A stretch of DNA of 64,000 bases from a virus (taxonomy: Duplodnaviria; Caudoviricetes). The notes under the pieces are model-generated. The model did not search any database and was not told where the DNA came from. It saw nothing but the letters and a program-made list of their open reading frames with translations. Below are positions 27,097 through 37,708 of this stretch, piece after piece. A program made the position numbers and the translations under genes. The DNA is taken from IMG/VR virus record IMGVR_UViG_3300021197_002039, positions 1,518-65,517 of that record; one strand, given 5' to 3'. Numbering within the stretch: the first letter of the stretch is position 1; the number at the start of each line of letters is the position of its first letter.

Positions 27097-28275
27097 CTAT
27101 GCGAAAAGTTTGGAGTATTCTGGGAACACTTCTTCAAACTTCTCCTTTCGTATACTATCTATCTTTGTGTTGAACTCCATAAAAGAATTCTGTTTTTCGC
27201 TGTAATCACTAGGCTCTGTCGCCATCCATTTTTTCATGTAATCAAACGTGTTTGTCCACGCTTTATGTTTGCTGTTGTACTTTGAAAGTTTCTCTAGCAC
27301 AGCATCTTTAATTTTTTTAGGCAGGTATCTTACATCGTTCCACGGCTCGTCCCAACACCAAGTACTGCCCGGTATAATACCTAACTTTTGAAAATAATCA
27401 AATGTTTGGTCATAGTGATATATGTTCCACGGGGTCAATGTTGTCCTAACTGCTAATTCAATATTTTCATATTTCTCCGAATCCTTCACATAGTTGTTGA
27501 GGTTGCCTATGATATTCTCCCATTTACTACCGTACCTTATGTAATCATTCTTTGTACCAATTGCATCTATGCTGAATCCCATGGTGGCTTGTTTGAACTT
27601 ACTAAACTTGTCCATTAGCTCTTCTGCATAGACCATACCGTTTGTGTGTACATGAAAAGTTTTGTCGCCAACATTCTTGTTGGACACGGCCTGGTCAAGT
27701 ATGTTAAAGAACAGTGGAACGATCATTGGCTCGCCTCCAAACATATGCCACGCCACAATTTTATCTTCCCACTCGGTGAAACGTTTTTCTAGTTGGGTAT
27801 TATTGTTGTAGGCAGTCCTGTGCCGGTCAAAAAACTTCAAGTACTCCTTGAAGGTCTTGCCTTGGTCATCTAAGGCATAATCTGTCTTGTACCACATACT
27901 GCTGGTGTGAGCATTACAACTCCTGCAGGCATTGTTACACTTGTTGCCGGGTTTCAATATCATTAACCTAGGCTGTGTCTTGACATCCTCAACATCTTTT
28001 AATAATTTGTTAAACCTTTGTCTAGTGGATTCGAGGTTGGCATCCTCTTGGTCCCAACACAATTTACAGGTTGGATTCCTTACACCATTGTCATGATCCG
28101 ATATTAGTTTTTTTCTATGTTCACTATCCCATATAGTCTTAACATCATCGGTAAGCACATTGAACTTACTGCCATCGTTCTTCTCGAGATAATAGTTGGT
28201 TAGTTCGCACGGTTGGACCATTCCGCTCATGTCGAAATTAAGTGTTAGTTTGGCTTTCTTACAATTAGTTGACAT
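27097..28275 (-). CDS. Radical SAM protein with N-terminal twitch/SPASM-like domain
   Basis: VQPC..CKLCW, CNNACRSC, FGGEPM, HTNG, FSIDA. Confidence 0.88.
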   Translation of the reverse strand: MSTNCKKAKLTLNFDMSGMVQPCELTNYYLEKNDGSKFNVLTDDVKTIWDSEHRKKLISDHDNGVRNPTCKLCWDQEDANLESTRQRFNKLLKDVEDVKTQPRLMILKPGNKCNNACRSCNAHTSSMWYKTDYALDDQGKTFKEYLKFFDRHRTAYNNNTQLEKRFTEWEDKIVAWHMFGGEPMIVPLFFNILDQAVSNKNVGDKTFHVHTNGMVYAEELMDKFSKFKQATMGFSIDAIGTKNDYIRYGSKWENIIGNLNNYVKDSEKYENIELAVRTTLTPWNIYHYDQTFDYFQKLGIIPGSTWCWDEPWNDVRYLPKKIKDAVLEKLSKYNSKHKAWTNTFDYMKKWMATEPSDYSEKQNSFMEFNTKIDSIRKEKFEEVFPEYSKLFA

Positions 28276-29298
28276 CTATTTCTCTCCACAGGCGTGATAA
28301 CACCCCTGTAACCTTTTGTCGCTACCATTGATTCCACTCTCGAGATCTTTGAAAAAATCTCCCTCTAAAATATCTTTCAGGTCTGTGTAGTGTAGATTTA
28401 TCTTGTTGTAATCTTTTATTATATGTTTGGGTTCATTCCTTTCGACATCTCCCAATATACAGCAAGGGCTCACGTAACCATTTGCACGTAGATAGATTTC
28501 ACGTTTGTGAGGCTGACATGCCAAGCACATTATTTTCCTTGTTAGGAAGTTGTCCTTTTCTTGTTTTTCTTCTGTTACAAAAACATTCTTACTTTTGGTC
28601 CAATTGTCGTCCTTGATAAAATCTTCTTTTTGCTCGACAGGTTTTTCGATGACATATCCATCTACTTCCAGTGAGGTTATGTCTCTGTATTGACCATTAC
28701 TGTTGAAGTCCTGCCAACGTTCACTGAAGGTGTGATTGAATGAATTGAATCCCAACTCCGTAGACAATGCCTTTGCTTCATCTATTTGGTGTTGATTGTG
28801 TTTGAAAACAAGCATATCCCATCTAGCCTCACCTCCGTTGTCAATATAAGTTTTAACATTATCCATTAAGTTTTTCCACTTGACGTTCCTGCGATATAAA
28901 TGATTTGTGTCTTCCAGACCGTCTATACCAAATGTAATTCTCACACCTAGTTTGGCCATGGATTTCCAGAAGTCTCTGTTCCTCGCCCCACCGTTTGTGT
29001 GCATTAAGATCTTCATGCTGGGATTTATTTCTCGAAGGTATTTGAATATATCAACGGTCTCTGGATTCATCGAAGCGTCGCCATACGTGCCTTGACATGT
29101 CCATTGTTTCAGTCTAGATATGATTCCTTTATCAATCTTTTCTTTAACAAACTCTAGTGTCGTGTGGTGTGCATTTGTAACACCTTTCACTAGATTTAGA
29201 TCCCAATCAAATCTATTGCACATGGGACAGGCCGCGTTGCAATAGTCAGTCATTTCAGCCATGATGTGAGTTAGATTATCAGTTGTAATATATGACAT
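28276..29298 (-). CDS. Radical SAM protein with C-terminal SPASM/twitch domain
   Basis: CNAACPMC, GTYGD, HTNGG, FGIDGLEDTNHLYR (paralog of 9376..10257), SPCC, CYHAC. Confidence 0.88.
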   Translation of the reverse strand: MSYITTDNLTHIMAEMTDYCNAACPMCNRFDWDLNLVKGVTNAHHTTLEFVKEKIDKGIISRLKQWTCQGTYGDASMNPETVDIFKYLREINPSMKILMHTNGGARNRDFWKSMAKLGVRITFGIDGLEDTNHLYRRNVKWKNLMDNVKTYIDNGGEARWDMLVFKHNQHQIDEAKALSTELGFNSFNHTFSERWQDFNSNGQYRDITSLEVDGYVIEKPVEQKEDFIKDDNWTKSKNVFVTEEKQEKDNFLTRKIMCLACQPHKREIYLRANGYVSPCCILGDVERNEPKHIIKDYNKINLHYTDLKDILEGDFFKDLESGINGSDKRLQGCYHACGEK

Positions 29299-29318
29299 TA
29301 TAATGTATAATTATCGTT

Positions 29319-30023
29319 ATGAAGTTTACCAAAGAAGTTTTAAAACACAAAGGAATAACGTATTACCAGAAGTATCCGTATGGCGAACTGTCCAGGGTAA
29401 CGAAGAACAAGAAAAGACATTACGAAACACCGGACGGAAGAGCAGTACCCAGTGTGACCACAGTGCTGTCAGCCACCAAAGATATGACACACCTACACGC
29501 ATGGCGCAAGAGGATTGGTGCAGAGAAGGCACAACAGATCACGACAGAGAGTGCCAACATAGGAACGGTAATGCACCGTAGCCTAGAGAAGCATGTGAAG
29601 GGAGAGGACAGGACTCCTGGATCTAATCTCATACAGCAGAAGGCACACACGATGGCCAATGTCATAATAGACAACGGCTTGAACAATGTCTCAGAAGTGT
29701 GGGGATCAGAGGTTTCACTGTACTATCCAGAACTGTATGCGGGCACCACGGACCTGGTTGGTGTTTACAAAGGTGCTCCTGCAATCATGGACTTCAAACA
29801 GGCAAGACGTCTTAAAAAAAAGGAATGGGTGGAGGACTACTATCTCCAATTAGTAGCATACGCAGAAGCACACAACAAACAGTACGACACACAGATAAAG
29901 ACTGGCCGTATATTCATATGCACACAGGCCAACGAATATCAAACGTTTGACATTGACAACTACGATCACTGGGTAGGCAAGTGGTATGCAAAATTGGAAC
30001 AATACTACAAGCAAATACTTTAA
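29319..30023 (+). CDS. PD-(D/E)XK exonuclease
   Basis: PSVTTVL, GTVMH, SEV.L, YAGTTD, IMDFK, QLVAYA. Confidence 0.85.
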   Translation: MKFTKEVLKHKGITYYQKYPYGELSRVTKNKKRHYETPDGRAVPSVTTVLSATKDMTHLHAWRKRIGAEKAQQITTESANIGTVMHRSLEKHVKGEDRTPGSNLIQQKAHTMANVIIDNGLNNVSEVWGSEVSLYYPELYAGTTDLVGVYKGAPAIMDFKQARRLKKKEWVEDYYLQLVAYAEAHNKQYDTQIKTGRIFICTQANEYQTFDIDNYDHWVGKWYAKLEQYYKQIL

Positions 30024-30036
30024 TAAATAACAGTAT

Positions 30037-31635
30037 ATGCCGATAGTTCAAATTTCAAGAATTCAACATCGTAGAGGTAAACGTACGGATCTACCGCAAT
30101 TGGCCGCGGGAGAACTGGGTTGGGTAGTAGACGAACAGAGGCTATTCATAGGAAACGGCACAGTTTCAGATGGCGCACCAGCGGTGGGCAACACGGAGAT
30201 TGTTACGTCAGGCAGTTCAGCATTCACTACAGCATTGAGTCACACATACAAAGGTTACTTGGGAGAGAGCACACCTGTAGGTACAACCCAACAGAGAACT
30301 CTTCAACAGAGATTAGATGACTATGTGTCTGTGAAAGACTTCGGGGCCAAAGGTGATGACAGCACGGCAGACATCACTGCAATCCAGAACGCAATAGATG
30401 AGATTTACACGGATACGGACAAAAACGACACGAGATCGAGAAGAGTGCTTTTCTTCCCAGCGGGCACATACAGGATCAATGCCGCACTCAAGATACCACC
30501 ATACGCAACATTAATAGGTGAAGGTCCAGACAAGACCATAATTAGAAATTCAGCCAACAACGCTGTGATGGTTACCATGGACGATGACGGTAATGTTGGA
30601 GCCAACATAGGTAACTCGGGAGCAACTACGCCAACACAGATACAGATTTCAAGCATGACACTCAGGAACACAGTTGCCTACGGTGGCGTGTCTCTAGACA
30701 GAGTAACACATGCATACTTCAACAATGTCAAGTTCCAAGGTTCATACGCATCTGGAGGTAGTGACGCTTCAACCTCAAGAGGTGTAACAGTAAATCATTC
30801 CAATGCAACATATTCGACATCCAACGTCACTTTCAACCAATGTCAGTTCACAAAGTTTGCCAGATTGGTAGACGTCAGTTATAACGCAACCAATGTTAGG
30901 TTCCATGCCTGTGATTTCTCAACTGCATATTATGGTGCATTAATTGGCGCAGAGATGGATGGTAGCACAGCAGGACTGAACGACGGACCAAGGGACATGC
31001 AATTCACAAGCTCAAGTTGGAGCACCATAGGACAACAGGCCATATTGGTTGCACCGGCAACAGGCGCCACAGACGGCGCTGGACCAAGACACATAGTTTC
31101 ACACGCCAACTACTACGCAAAAACCGTAGGAAATAATTTCGAAGGTGTTGGTTCGATCAGAGAAGTTCCAGTCATACAGTTTGACAACGATGAATGCACA
31201 TCATCACAAGATTTCTTTGAAAGAACAGACCTAAGACAATCGGATGGTAGTTCAAACTTGAATGCCGCACCAGAGGTGCAAGGAATAGGTGTCTCATCCA
31301 AGTTGATAAAATCACAGACTTTACCTGACAACACATCGGCGGCCACCACCATAAACGAATATCCAGCACTCACAAGTAAAGGGATATCAATAAAGTATAA
31401 AATCACAAGAGGGACTCTTGACAGGACAGGTGAGTTTGTAATAAGTGCCTCTACAACAGCGGTGGGTTTCGATGACACGTTCACGGAAAGCGGTGCAGAT
31501 GTTGGTGTAACTCTGACTGCTGTCTTAGATGATAAAGATTCCACGTCAGGCAATGAAACTGTTGCCTTCAAGTTCACAACTACCAGCACGGGTACAGCGG
31601 CAACAATTGATTACCAGACAACAATCATCGCATAA
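30037..31635 (+). CDS. Tail/baseplate-associated protein with pectate-lyase-like beta-helix
   Basis: IQHRRG..LPQLAAGELGW N-domain; VSVKDFGAKGD..AIQNAI..FFPAGTY. Confidence 0.75.
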   Translation: MPIVQISRIQHRRGKRTDLPQLAAGELGWVVDEQRLFIGNGTVSDGAPAVGNTEIVTSGSSAFTTALSHTYKGYLGESTPVGTTQQRTLQQRLDDYVSVKDFGAKGDDSTADITAIQNAIDEIYTDTDKNDTRSRRVLFFPAGTYRINAALKIPPYATLIGEGPDKTIIRNSANNAVMVTMDDDGNVGANIGNSGATTPTQIQISSMTLRNTVAYGGVSLDRVTHAYFNNVKFQGSYASGGSDASTSRGVTVNHSNATYSTSNVTFNQCQFTKFARLVDVSYNATNVRFHACDFSTAYYGALIGAEMDGSTAGLNDGPRDMQFTSSSWSTIGQQAILVAPATGATDGAGPRHIVSHANYYAKTVGNNFEGVGSIREVPVIQFDNDECTSSQDFFERTDLRQSDGSSNLNAAPEVQGIGVSSKLIKSQTLPDNTSAATTINEYPALTSKGISIKYKITRGTLDRTGEFVISASTTAVGFDDTFTESGADVGVTLTAVLDDKDSTSGNETVAFKFTTTSTGTAATIDYQTTIIA

Positions 31636-31777
31636 TAATCAATAAACAGATAGACAGAAAACTTTTTTTGTCGTAATATTAGTACATTATAAAATTACAT
31701 AACGACGTTGTGATTTTATTCGTATGAAGGGTAAGCAAAAAAGTAAAAAAAAGTTAAACACACGGATTTAGATAAAT

Positions 31778-34186
31778 ATGGATACAACAAAAACAAAAAT
31801 CAAAAATAAAAATTACAAATATTTAATGCCAAGCACCAACTCAAGTACGATCAAAGTTCAGAAAAGAGATGGCAAGTTGGAGAACCTTGACATAAACAAA
31901 ATCCATTTCGTCGTTGAAGAGGCATGTGAAGGCCTGTCAGGGGTCAGTTCATCACAGATAGAGATGAACGCCAACATACAGTTCTATGATGGCATGACAA
32001 CCAAAGACATCCAGAATGTTTTAGTGCGTTCAGCGAATGACTTGATAAGTCTTGAAGCACCCAACTATCAATATGCGGCGGCGAGACTGCTTTCGTATGA
32101 TGTAAGGAAGGAAGCACACGGCCAGTACGAGTACATTCCGTTATTGAAACTTATTCTAAGGAACATAAGACTAGGTGTGTATGACAAGGGCATACTGGAC
32201 AAGTATTCAAAGACAGAAATAAAGAAATTCAACACATGGATAAAGAGAGAAAGAGATCTAAAATTCACTTACGCAGGACTTAGACAGATCTGTGACAAGT
32301 ATCTTGTACAGGACAGGAGCACAGGACAACTGTATGAGACTCCACAGGACATGTACATGATGATCGCGGCAACACTGTTCGCGGAGTATCCTACAAAGAA
32401 CAGAATGAGTTATGTTAAGAAATATTATGATGCGATATCACTACACAAAATTAATATCCCAACCCCAGTGATGGCAGGAGTGAGAACACCCATCAGACAG
32501 TTCGCCAGTTGCGTTCTAGTGGACAGTGATGACACCCTACCAAGTATCTTCTCAAGCGACATGGCTATTGGTTTGTACGTTGCCAGGAGAGCTGGCATAG
32601 GAATCAACGCAGGACGTATCAGAGGTATCAACAGCAAGATCAGGGGAGGGGAGGTTCAACACACAGGAGTCATCCCGTTCCTAAAGAAATTCGAATCAAC
32701 CGTGAGATGTTGTACACAGAATGGTGTGCGTGGCGGAAACGCAACTGTACACTTCCCAATATGGCATCCAGAGATAGAAGACATCCTTGTGCTTAAGAAC
32801 AACAAAGGCACAGAGGACAACAGGGTAAGACGTATGGATTACTCCATACAGATCAGTAAAATGTTCTATGAGAGATTCATGAACGAGGAAGACATAACAT
32901 TAATATCACCACATCAGGCACCTGGACTGTATGATGCATTTGGAACAGATGAGTTCGATGACTTGTACTTGAAGTATGAAGCGGACAAAACAATTCCAAA
33001 GAAAACTGTTCCAGCACAGGATCTATTCTTTGACCTGTTGAAGGAGAGAGCAGAGACAGGCAGGATCTACATAATGAATCTTGACCACTGCAACTCACAC
33101 AGTTCATTCAAAGACAAAGTTTCGATGAGTAACCTGTGTCAGGAGATCACGTTACCCACAACACCCATACAGGACATACATGATGAGCAGGGAGAGATCG
33201 CATTGTGCATCCTTTCAGCGGTCAATGTTGGTGGACTGAATGATTTAAGTGAACTGGAGAACATATGTGACCTTAGTGTTAGGGCACTGGAACAGATAAT
33301 TGACTACCAAGACTATCCAGTCAAGGCCGCGGAAGTTTCAACAAAGAAGAGAAGAAGTCTAGGAATTGGTTACATCGGACTGGCACACTACATCGCAAAA
33401 CATGGCGTCAAGTATTCAGATCCAAAGGCGTGGGATCTAGTTGACAGACTTTCAGAAGCATTCCAATACAACCTATTGAGAGCGAGTTGCAACATAGCAA
33501 TGGAGAAAGGCAAGTGTGAAGGATTTGAGAGAACAAAATACGCAGACGGCCTGCTACCAATTGATCACTACAAGAAGGATGTGGACAACATAGTACCACA
33601 TAAACAGAGAATGGCATGGGAGAGCCTAAGGAAAGACATAGCCAAGCATGGATTGAGACACAGCACACTGTCAGCACAGATGCCAAGTGAGAGCAGTTCA
33701 GTTGTTAGTAATGAGACAAACGGTATCGAACCACCAAGGGCATTGATGGCCATCAAGAAAAGCAAGAAAGGTCCTCTGAAGCAGATAGCACCGGGGTTCC
33801 CCAAACTTAAAAATGATTACACACTGCTATGGGACATGCCAAGCAACGAGGGTTACATCAACGTGGTAGCCATGATGCAGAAATATTTTGATCAAGCGAT
33901 CAGTGGTAACTGGAGTTACAATCCATTACAGTTCGAGAACAACGAAGTACCTCTGTCAGTGATGGCACAGGACATGCTGACAGCATACAAACTTGGTTGG
34001 AAGACAAGTTACTACCAAAACACATACGATTTCAAAGGGGAGGAAGAAGACGTACAACCGGCAGGAATAGAAACACAGCAGGAGGACGAAGGTGAGGATG
34101 TTATACTAGAGCCCGAAAATCCAGCACCGGAAATAAGTACAACCACAGACATCGACGGCGAAGAGTGCGACGCCTGTATGATCTAA
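31778..34186 (+). CDS. nrdA: Class Ia ribonucleotide reductase alpha subunit with ATP cone
   Basis: VQKRDG ATP cone, QFASC, SNLCQEI, MPSESSS, KTSYY, C-terminal CDAC. Confidence 0.97.
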   Translation: MDTTKTKIKNKNYKYLMPSTNSSTIKVQKRDGKLENLDINKIHFVVEEACEGLSGVSSSQIEMNANIQFYDGMTTKDIQNVLVRSANDLISLEAPNYQYAAARLLSYDVRKEAHGQYEYIPLLKLILRNIRLGVYDKGILDKYSKTEIKKFNTWIKRERDLKFTYAGLRQICDKYLVQDRSTGQLYETPQDMYMMIAATLFAEYPTKNRMSYVKKYYDAISLHKINIPTPVMAGVRTPIRQFASCVLVDSDDTLPSIFSSDMAIGLYVARRAGIGINAGRIRGINSKIRGGEVQHTGVIPFLKKFESTVRCCTQNGVRGGNATVHFPIWHPEIEDILVLKNNKGTEDNRVRRMDYSIQISKMFYERFMNEEDITLISPHQAPGLYDAFGTDEFDDLYLKYEADKTIPKKTVPAQDLFFDLLKERAETGRIYIMNLDHCNSHSSFKDKVSMSNLCQEITLPTTPIQDIHDEQGEIALCILSAVNVGGLNDLSELENICDLSVRALEQIIDYQDYPVKAAEVSTKKRRSLGIGYIGLAHYIAKHGVKYSDPKAWDLVDRLSEAFQYNLLRASCNIAMEKGKCEGFERTKYADGLLPIDHYKKDVDNIVPHKQRMAWESLRKDIAKHGLRHSTLSAQMPSESSSVVSNETNGIEPPRALMAIKKSKKGPLKQIAPGFPKLKNDYTLLWDMPSNEGYINVVAMMQKYFDQAISGNWSYNPLQFENNEVPLSVMAQDMLTAYKLGWKTSYYQNTYDFKGEEEDVQPAGIETQQEDEGEDVILEPENPAPEISTTTDIDGEECDACMI

Positions 34187-34200
34187 CAGCAAAAATTATT

Positions 34201-35301
34201 ATGACGAAAACAGTTTTTAACCAGGAGAAAGTTGACTTCACTAAACAGCCGATGTTCTTTGGCGAGGACGGCGGCATACAGAGATACGACGACTTCAGAT
34301 ATCCACAGTTCGATAAGTTGAACCAGACCATGTTGGGTTACTTCTGGAGACCAGAGGAGGTCAGCCTGCAGAAGGACAGAGCGGACTTCATGAACTTCAG
34401 GCCTGAACAGAAACACATATTCACAAGTAACTTGAAGTACCAGACACTATTAGATTCGGTACAGGGCAGGGGACCGAGCCTCATGTTCCTGCCATATGTT
34501 AGCAATCCAGAACTGGAAGGTTGCATAGTGACATGGGACTTCTTTGAGACCATACACTCGAGATCATACACACACATCATGAAGAACGTGTACTCGGATC
34601 CAGCGGAAGTGTTTGACACCATACTGGATGACAAGGAGATCCTAAAGAGAGCAAGTTCTGTTACAACGGAATATGACAAGTTTGGAAAGATGGCACTGGA
34701 CCATGCGGTAGGCAAGAAAGTGGACATGCTGGCACTGAAGAAACAACTGTACCTTGCAATGAACACCGTGAACCTGTTAGAAGGTTTGAGATTCTACATA
34801 TCATTCGCCTGCACATTCGCATTTGGCGAACTCAAACTGATGGAAGGTTCTGCAAAGATCCTATCATTGATCGCCAGGGACGAAGCAACACATTTAAATC
34901 TTTCAACACACATCATCAAGGCATGGCAAAAAGGAGATGATCCTGAGATGACCAAGGCCATGAAAGGCACGGAGAAGACTGTGATACAGATGTTCAAGGA
35001 CTGTGTCGAAGAAGAGAAAGCATGGGCCAAGTACCTGTTCAAGGATGGATCCATCATAGGACTGAACGAGAAACTGTTAGGCAATTACGTTGAGTGGATA
35101 GCCAACAAGAGACTGAGGGCACTGGGATATGATCCCATATACGACGTGTCAGCATCGGCCAACCCACTGCCGTGGACACAACACTGGCTGTCAAGCAGAG
35201 GCATGCAGGTGGCTCCGCAGGAGACCGAAGTCGAGTCTTATATCTCGGGTGGCATCAAACAAGACGTCAAGAAGGGTCAGTTCTCCAAATTTAAGTTATA
35301 A
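34201..35301 (+). CDS. nrdB: Class Ia ribonucleotide reductase beta subunit
   Basis: FWRPEEV, QTLLDSVQGR, ETIHSRSY, EGLRFY, RDEATH, VAPQETE. Confidence 0.97.
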   Translation: MTKTVFNQEKVDFTKQPMFFGEDGGIQRYDDFRYPQFDKLNQTMLGYFWRPEEVSLQKDRADFMNFRPEQKHIFTSNLKYQTLLDSVQGRGPSLMFLPYVSNPELEGCIVTWDFFETIHSRSYTHIMKNVYSDPAEVFDTILDDKEILKRASSVTTEYDKFGKMALDHAVGKKVDMLALKKQLYLAMNTVNLLEGLRFYISFACTFAFGELKLMEGSAKILSLIARDEATHLNLSTHIIKAWQKGDDPEMTKAMKGTEKTVIQMFKDCVEEEKAWAKYLFKDGSIIGLNEKLLGNYVEWIANKRLRALGYDPIYDVSASANPLPWTQHWLSSRGMQVAPQETEVESYISGGIKQDVKKGQFSKFKL

Positions 35302-35334
35302 CACGGGCGGTTTTATCTGTCCATAAATACTGGC

Positions 35335-35763
35335 ATGCCAGCAATATCAAGAGACCTAATAGATTTAGCGTATACGGGACACGGGTGTATGAGAGTGGCA
35401 CCGGCCAAAGCGACGCAGGGATCCGTGTTCGCCAACAATAAACCGATGTTAAGACAATTCGATCCTCTGGTACCTCATCTTATACGTGTTGGCATAAAAT
35501 GTGTCATCCATACTCACCTTATTTGGGGTGCTTCACCAAATGTTTTCGCAGAGGGCAGAGGGGTCGCAAGGAAGTATGACAAGGCAGACATTAAAGGATT
35601 CATGAGCATGGGCTCACGTAACGTATACGCGAACGGCGCCGGTGGGTTGGCAGGAGCAATAATTGGTGCCGCGGTCAGTGCCGGGGTGGGCAAAATTGTC
35701 AGCGGGTTACCTTCTCCAGGATCCACAGGACCGGGTGGTTCAGATGTCATGGGTAGCACATAA
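35335..35763 (+). CDS. PAAR-repeat spike tip protein (gp5.4-like)
   Basis: TGHGC, SVFANNKP, PH..H, ASPNVFAEGRGVAR, GSRNVYANG. Confidence 0.8.
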   Translation: MPAISRDLIDLAYTGHGCMRVAPAKATQGSVFANNKPMLRQFDPLVPHLIRVGIKCVIHTHLIWGASPNVFAEGRGVARKYDKADIKGFMSMGSRNVYANGAGGLAGAIIGAAVSAGVGKIVSGLPSPGSTGPGGSDVMGST

Positions 35764-37004
35764 TGACAGTCAGCAAAGGTCTAAAATCACTAACAGAGAA
35801 CACACCTGATTTCTCCAATCAAGCCCTAGAGAACGCGATCAATCAATTCAAGATAGGATGGGTGTTGAAGAGTTTCCAATTGGATTCTGTTATCGAGTCC
35901 AATGCTGTGCTGACCACTTCACAGAAAACGGACATCAAGGAAGAGATCAACAACGTCGCCCATATCAACATGGGCAGGGTGCTCGGTGATCTTGTAAGGC
36001 ATACCAACACAGTCCTCGACGGGTCAATAATTCCCGGGGAGCCAGACATAAGTCCGCCCAACAACGGACAAGGCACCTACTTAGAAATGTTGCAATCAGT
36101 ACAGGGTCTACAATACACGATACCGAGCTTGTTTGGTGTCCTGGCCAAAGATAAGAACAGAGCAGTCAATGATCACTTTGGCACACTGAATAACATATTC
36201 CTAGAGACCGAGGACAGCACGGCGCCTGTGTTCACAACACTGAACGAGGCCATAACCTTTATCAACAACGCAGGACTGGCCGCGGACACGGCACTGCAGA
36301 CGGCATATGACAATCTAAGAAACTTCATCAATTCGGTAGTGGCAGACAGCACGGACTTCCAGCAGACACTGGACACGTTCGCAACCGCAGTGGCGACGGC
36401 ACACACAAATTTCAACAACGCATTGGCGTCGGAACCATACCTGTCAAACAAAACTAAACTCATGGAGGCAAGGGAGAAGATCAATGCACAAGTGTCATTG
36501 GAGAACAGCAACCTCTCCGGAATCAGGACATACCTAGAAGTGCTTTCAAACAGCTCTGCTTTTGCCGGAATAGCCGATGATGCACAACTGAGAAAACTAA
36601 TGATCAATACATCACAGAACGCATCTTGGAAAACCTACTTTGAGGAATATGTGGCCAACTTGCAAAACCTCAACCCCATATACACCACGACAACAGACTC
36701 AGACAAGAGCTCCATAATAGAGCAGATCTACTCTGACTCCGGACTGCCAGACGTGAGGGATCCGGTGGACCTCATAGCGGTGGCTGACAAGGCCAAGCGT
36801 GATGCCAGGATAGACACTGCGGGTTTTGACTCACTTACTGCCGCACAGATCATAACCAAGGCGTGCGAACAGTTGTCAATAGTTACTCGCAATCGCACAA
36901 TCTATTCCCAAAGTGAATCCCTGCTAAACAACATGAACCAACACGATCGTGATGAGATAGCGAGAGCCTTAGATCTCAACGAATCCTCTAACACATTAAG
37001 TTAA
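35763..37004 (+). CDS. Hypothetical helical virion protein
   Basis: Coupled to the PAAR gene; N/S/T/A-rich. Confidence 0.55.
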   Translation: MTVSKGLKSLTENTPDFSNQALENAINQFKIGWVLKSFQLDSVIESNAVLTTSQKTDIKEEINNVAHINMGRVLGDLVRHTNTVLDGSIIPGEPDISPPNNGQGTYLEMLQSVQGLQYTIPSLFGVLAKDKNRAVNDHFGTLNNIFLETEDSTAPVFTTLNEAITFINNAGLAADTALQTAYDNLRNFINSVVADSTDFQQTLDTFATAVATAHTNFNNALASEPYLSNKTKLMEAREKINAQVSLENSNLSGIRTYLEVLSNSSAFAGIADDAQLRKLMINTSQNASWKTYFEEYVANLQNLNPIYTTTTDSDKSSIIEQIYSDSGLPDVRDPVDLIAVADKAKRDARIDTAGFDSLTAAQIITKACEQLSIVTRNRTIYSQSESLLNNMNQHDRDEIARALDLNESSNTLS

Positions 37005-37708
37005 TGTTCAGTGATGTAATAGGTGACTGGCCCACACATGGCAGGTTCATACTGACTTCATGCGACGACAAATACTTCAATCAATACTTCCCTAGATTCT
37101 ATAAGAGCTACAAGCAACACTGGCAGTTACCAATTCATGTACACATAATAGATCCATCGGACATGTCCATACAAAGATTAGATAAACTAGATGTCACATA
37201 CACACACTGTACTACAGACAAATTGATATTGAAATGGCCATACTCATACGAAACCTATTGTCAGGCAGAGAGATTCATATTGTTAGGACATAACCTGTTA
37301 GAATACCAATCAGTGATAGTTGCTGATGTTGATTCATATGCACTACGTGAACCCACCCAGGACCAAATGAACTTCGTAAGTTCTGATATGGCATTCACAG
37401 AATACAACGGACGATTGATGGCGACTTTCTGCAACTTTCATTATAGCAAAAGGTCATCGGCCCAAGAAGCGGCCAAACGTATGCAACAACTTATAGAGGA
37501 CACAGACACAATAGGAGTTGACCAATTAGTCATCAAACAGACATTCAAGCAGTTGCCATACAACAACTTAAAACATGGAGAATGGATACGACACTTTGAT
37601 GTAAAAACAGATGCAGATTTACAACAGCACAACCAGTGTTTGATATATCATGAGAAGGGTTCTAGGGGCAAGTACAAGGGAACAAAGATAAAATGGACAC
37701 ACTTGTAG
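37004..37708 (+). CDS. GT-A glycosyltransferase-like protein
   Basis: LTSCDDKY, HVHII, VADVDS (DxD), VDQ, YHEKG. Confidence 0.5.
   Translation: MFSDVIGDWPTHGRFILTSCDDKYFNQYFPRFYKSYKQHWQLPIHVHIIDPSDMSIQRLDKLDVTYTHCTTDKLILKWPYSYETYCQAERFILLGHNLLEYQSVIVADVDSYALREPTQDQMNFVSSDMAFTEYNGRLMATFCNFHYSKRSSAQEAAKRMQQLIEDTDTIGVDQLVIKQTFKQLPYNNLKHGEWIRHFDVKTDADLQQHNQCLIYHEKGSRGKYKGTKIKWTHL

Noticed and set aside
29319-30023. Cas4
   Set aside because: PD-(D/E)XK core is present but the four Fe-S Cys of Cas4 are not
31640-31777. NrdR boxes upstream of phage nrdA
   Set aside because: The best candidate (CATAACGACGTTGTG) misses the conserved CwA.AT core and has no partner box
31778-35301. Introns, inteins or homing endonucleases in nrdA/nrdB
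   Set aside because: Both ORFs are continuous and of normal class Ia length
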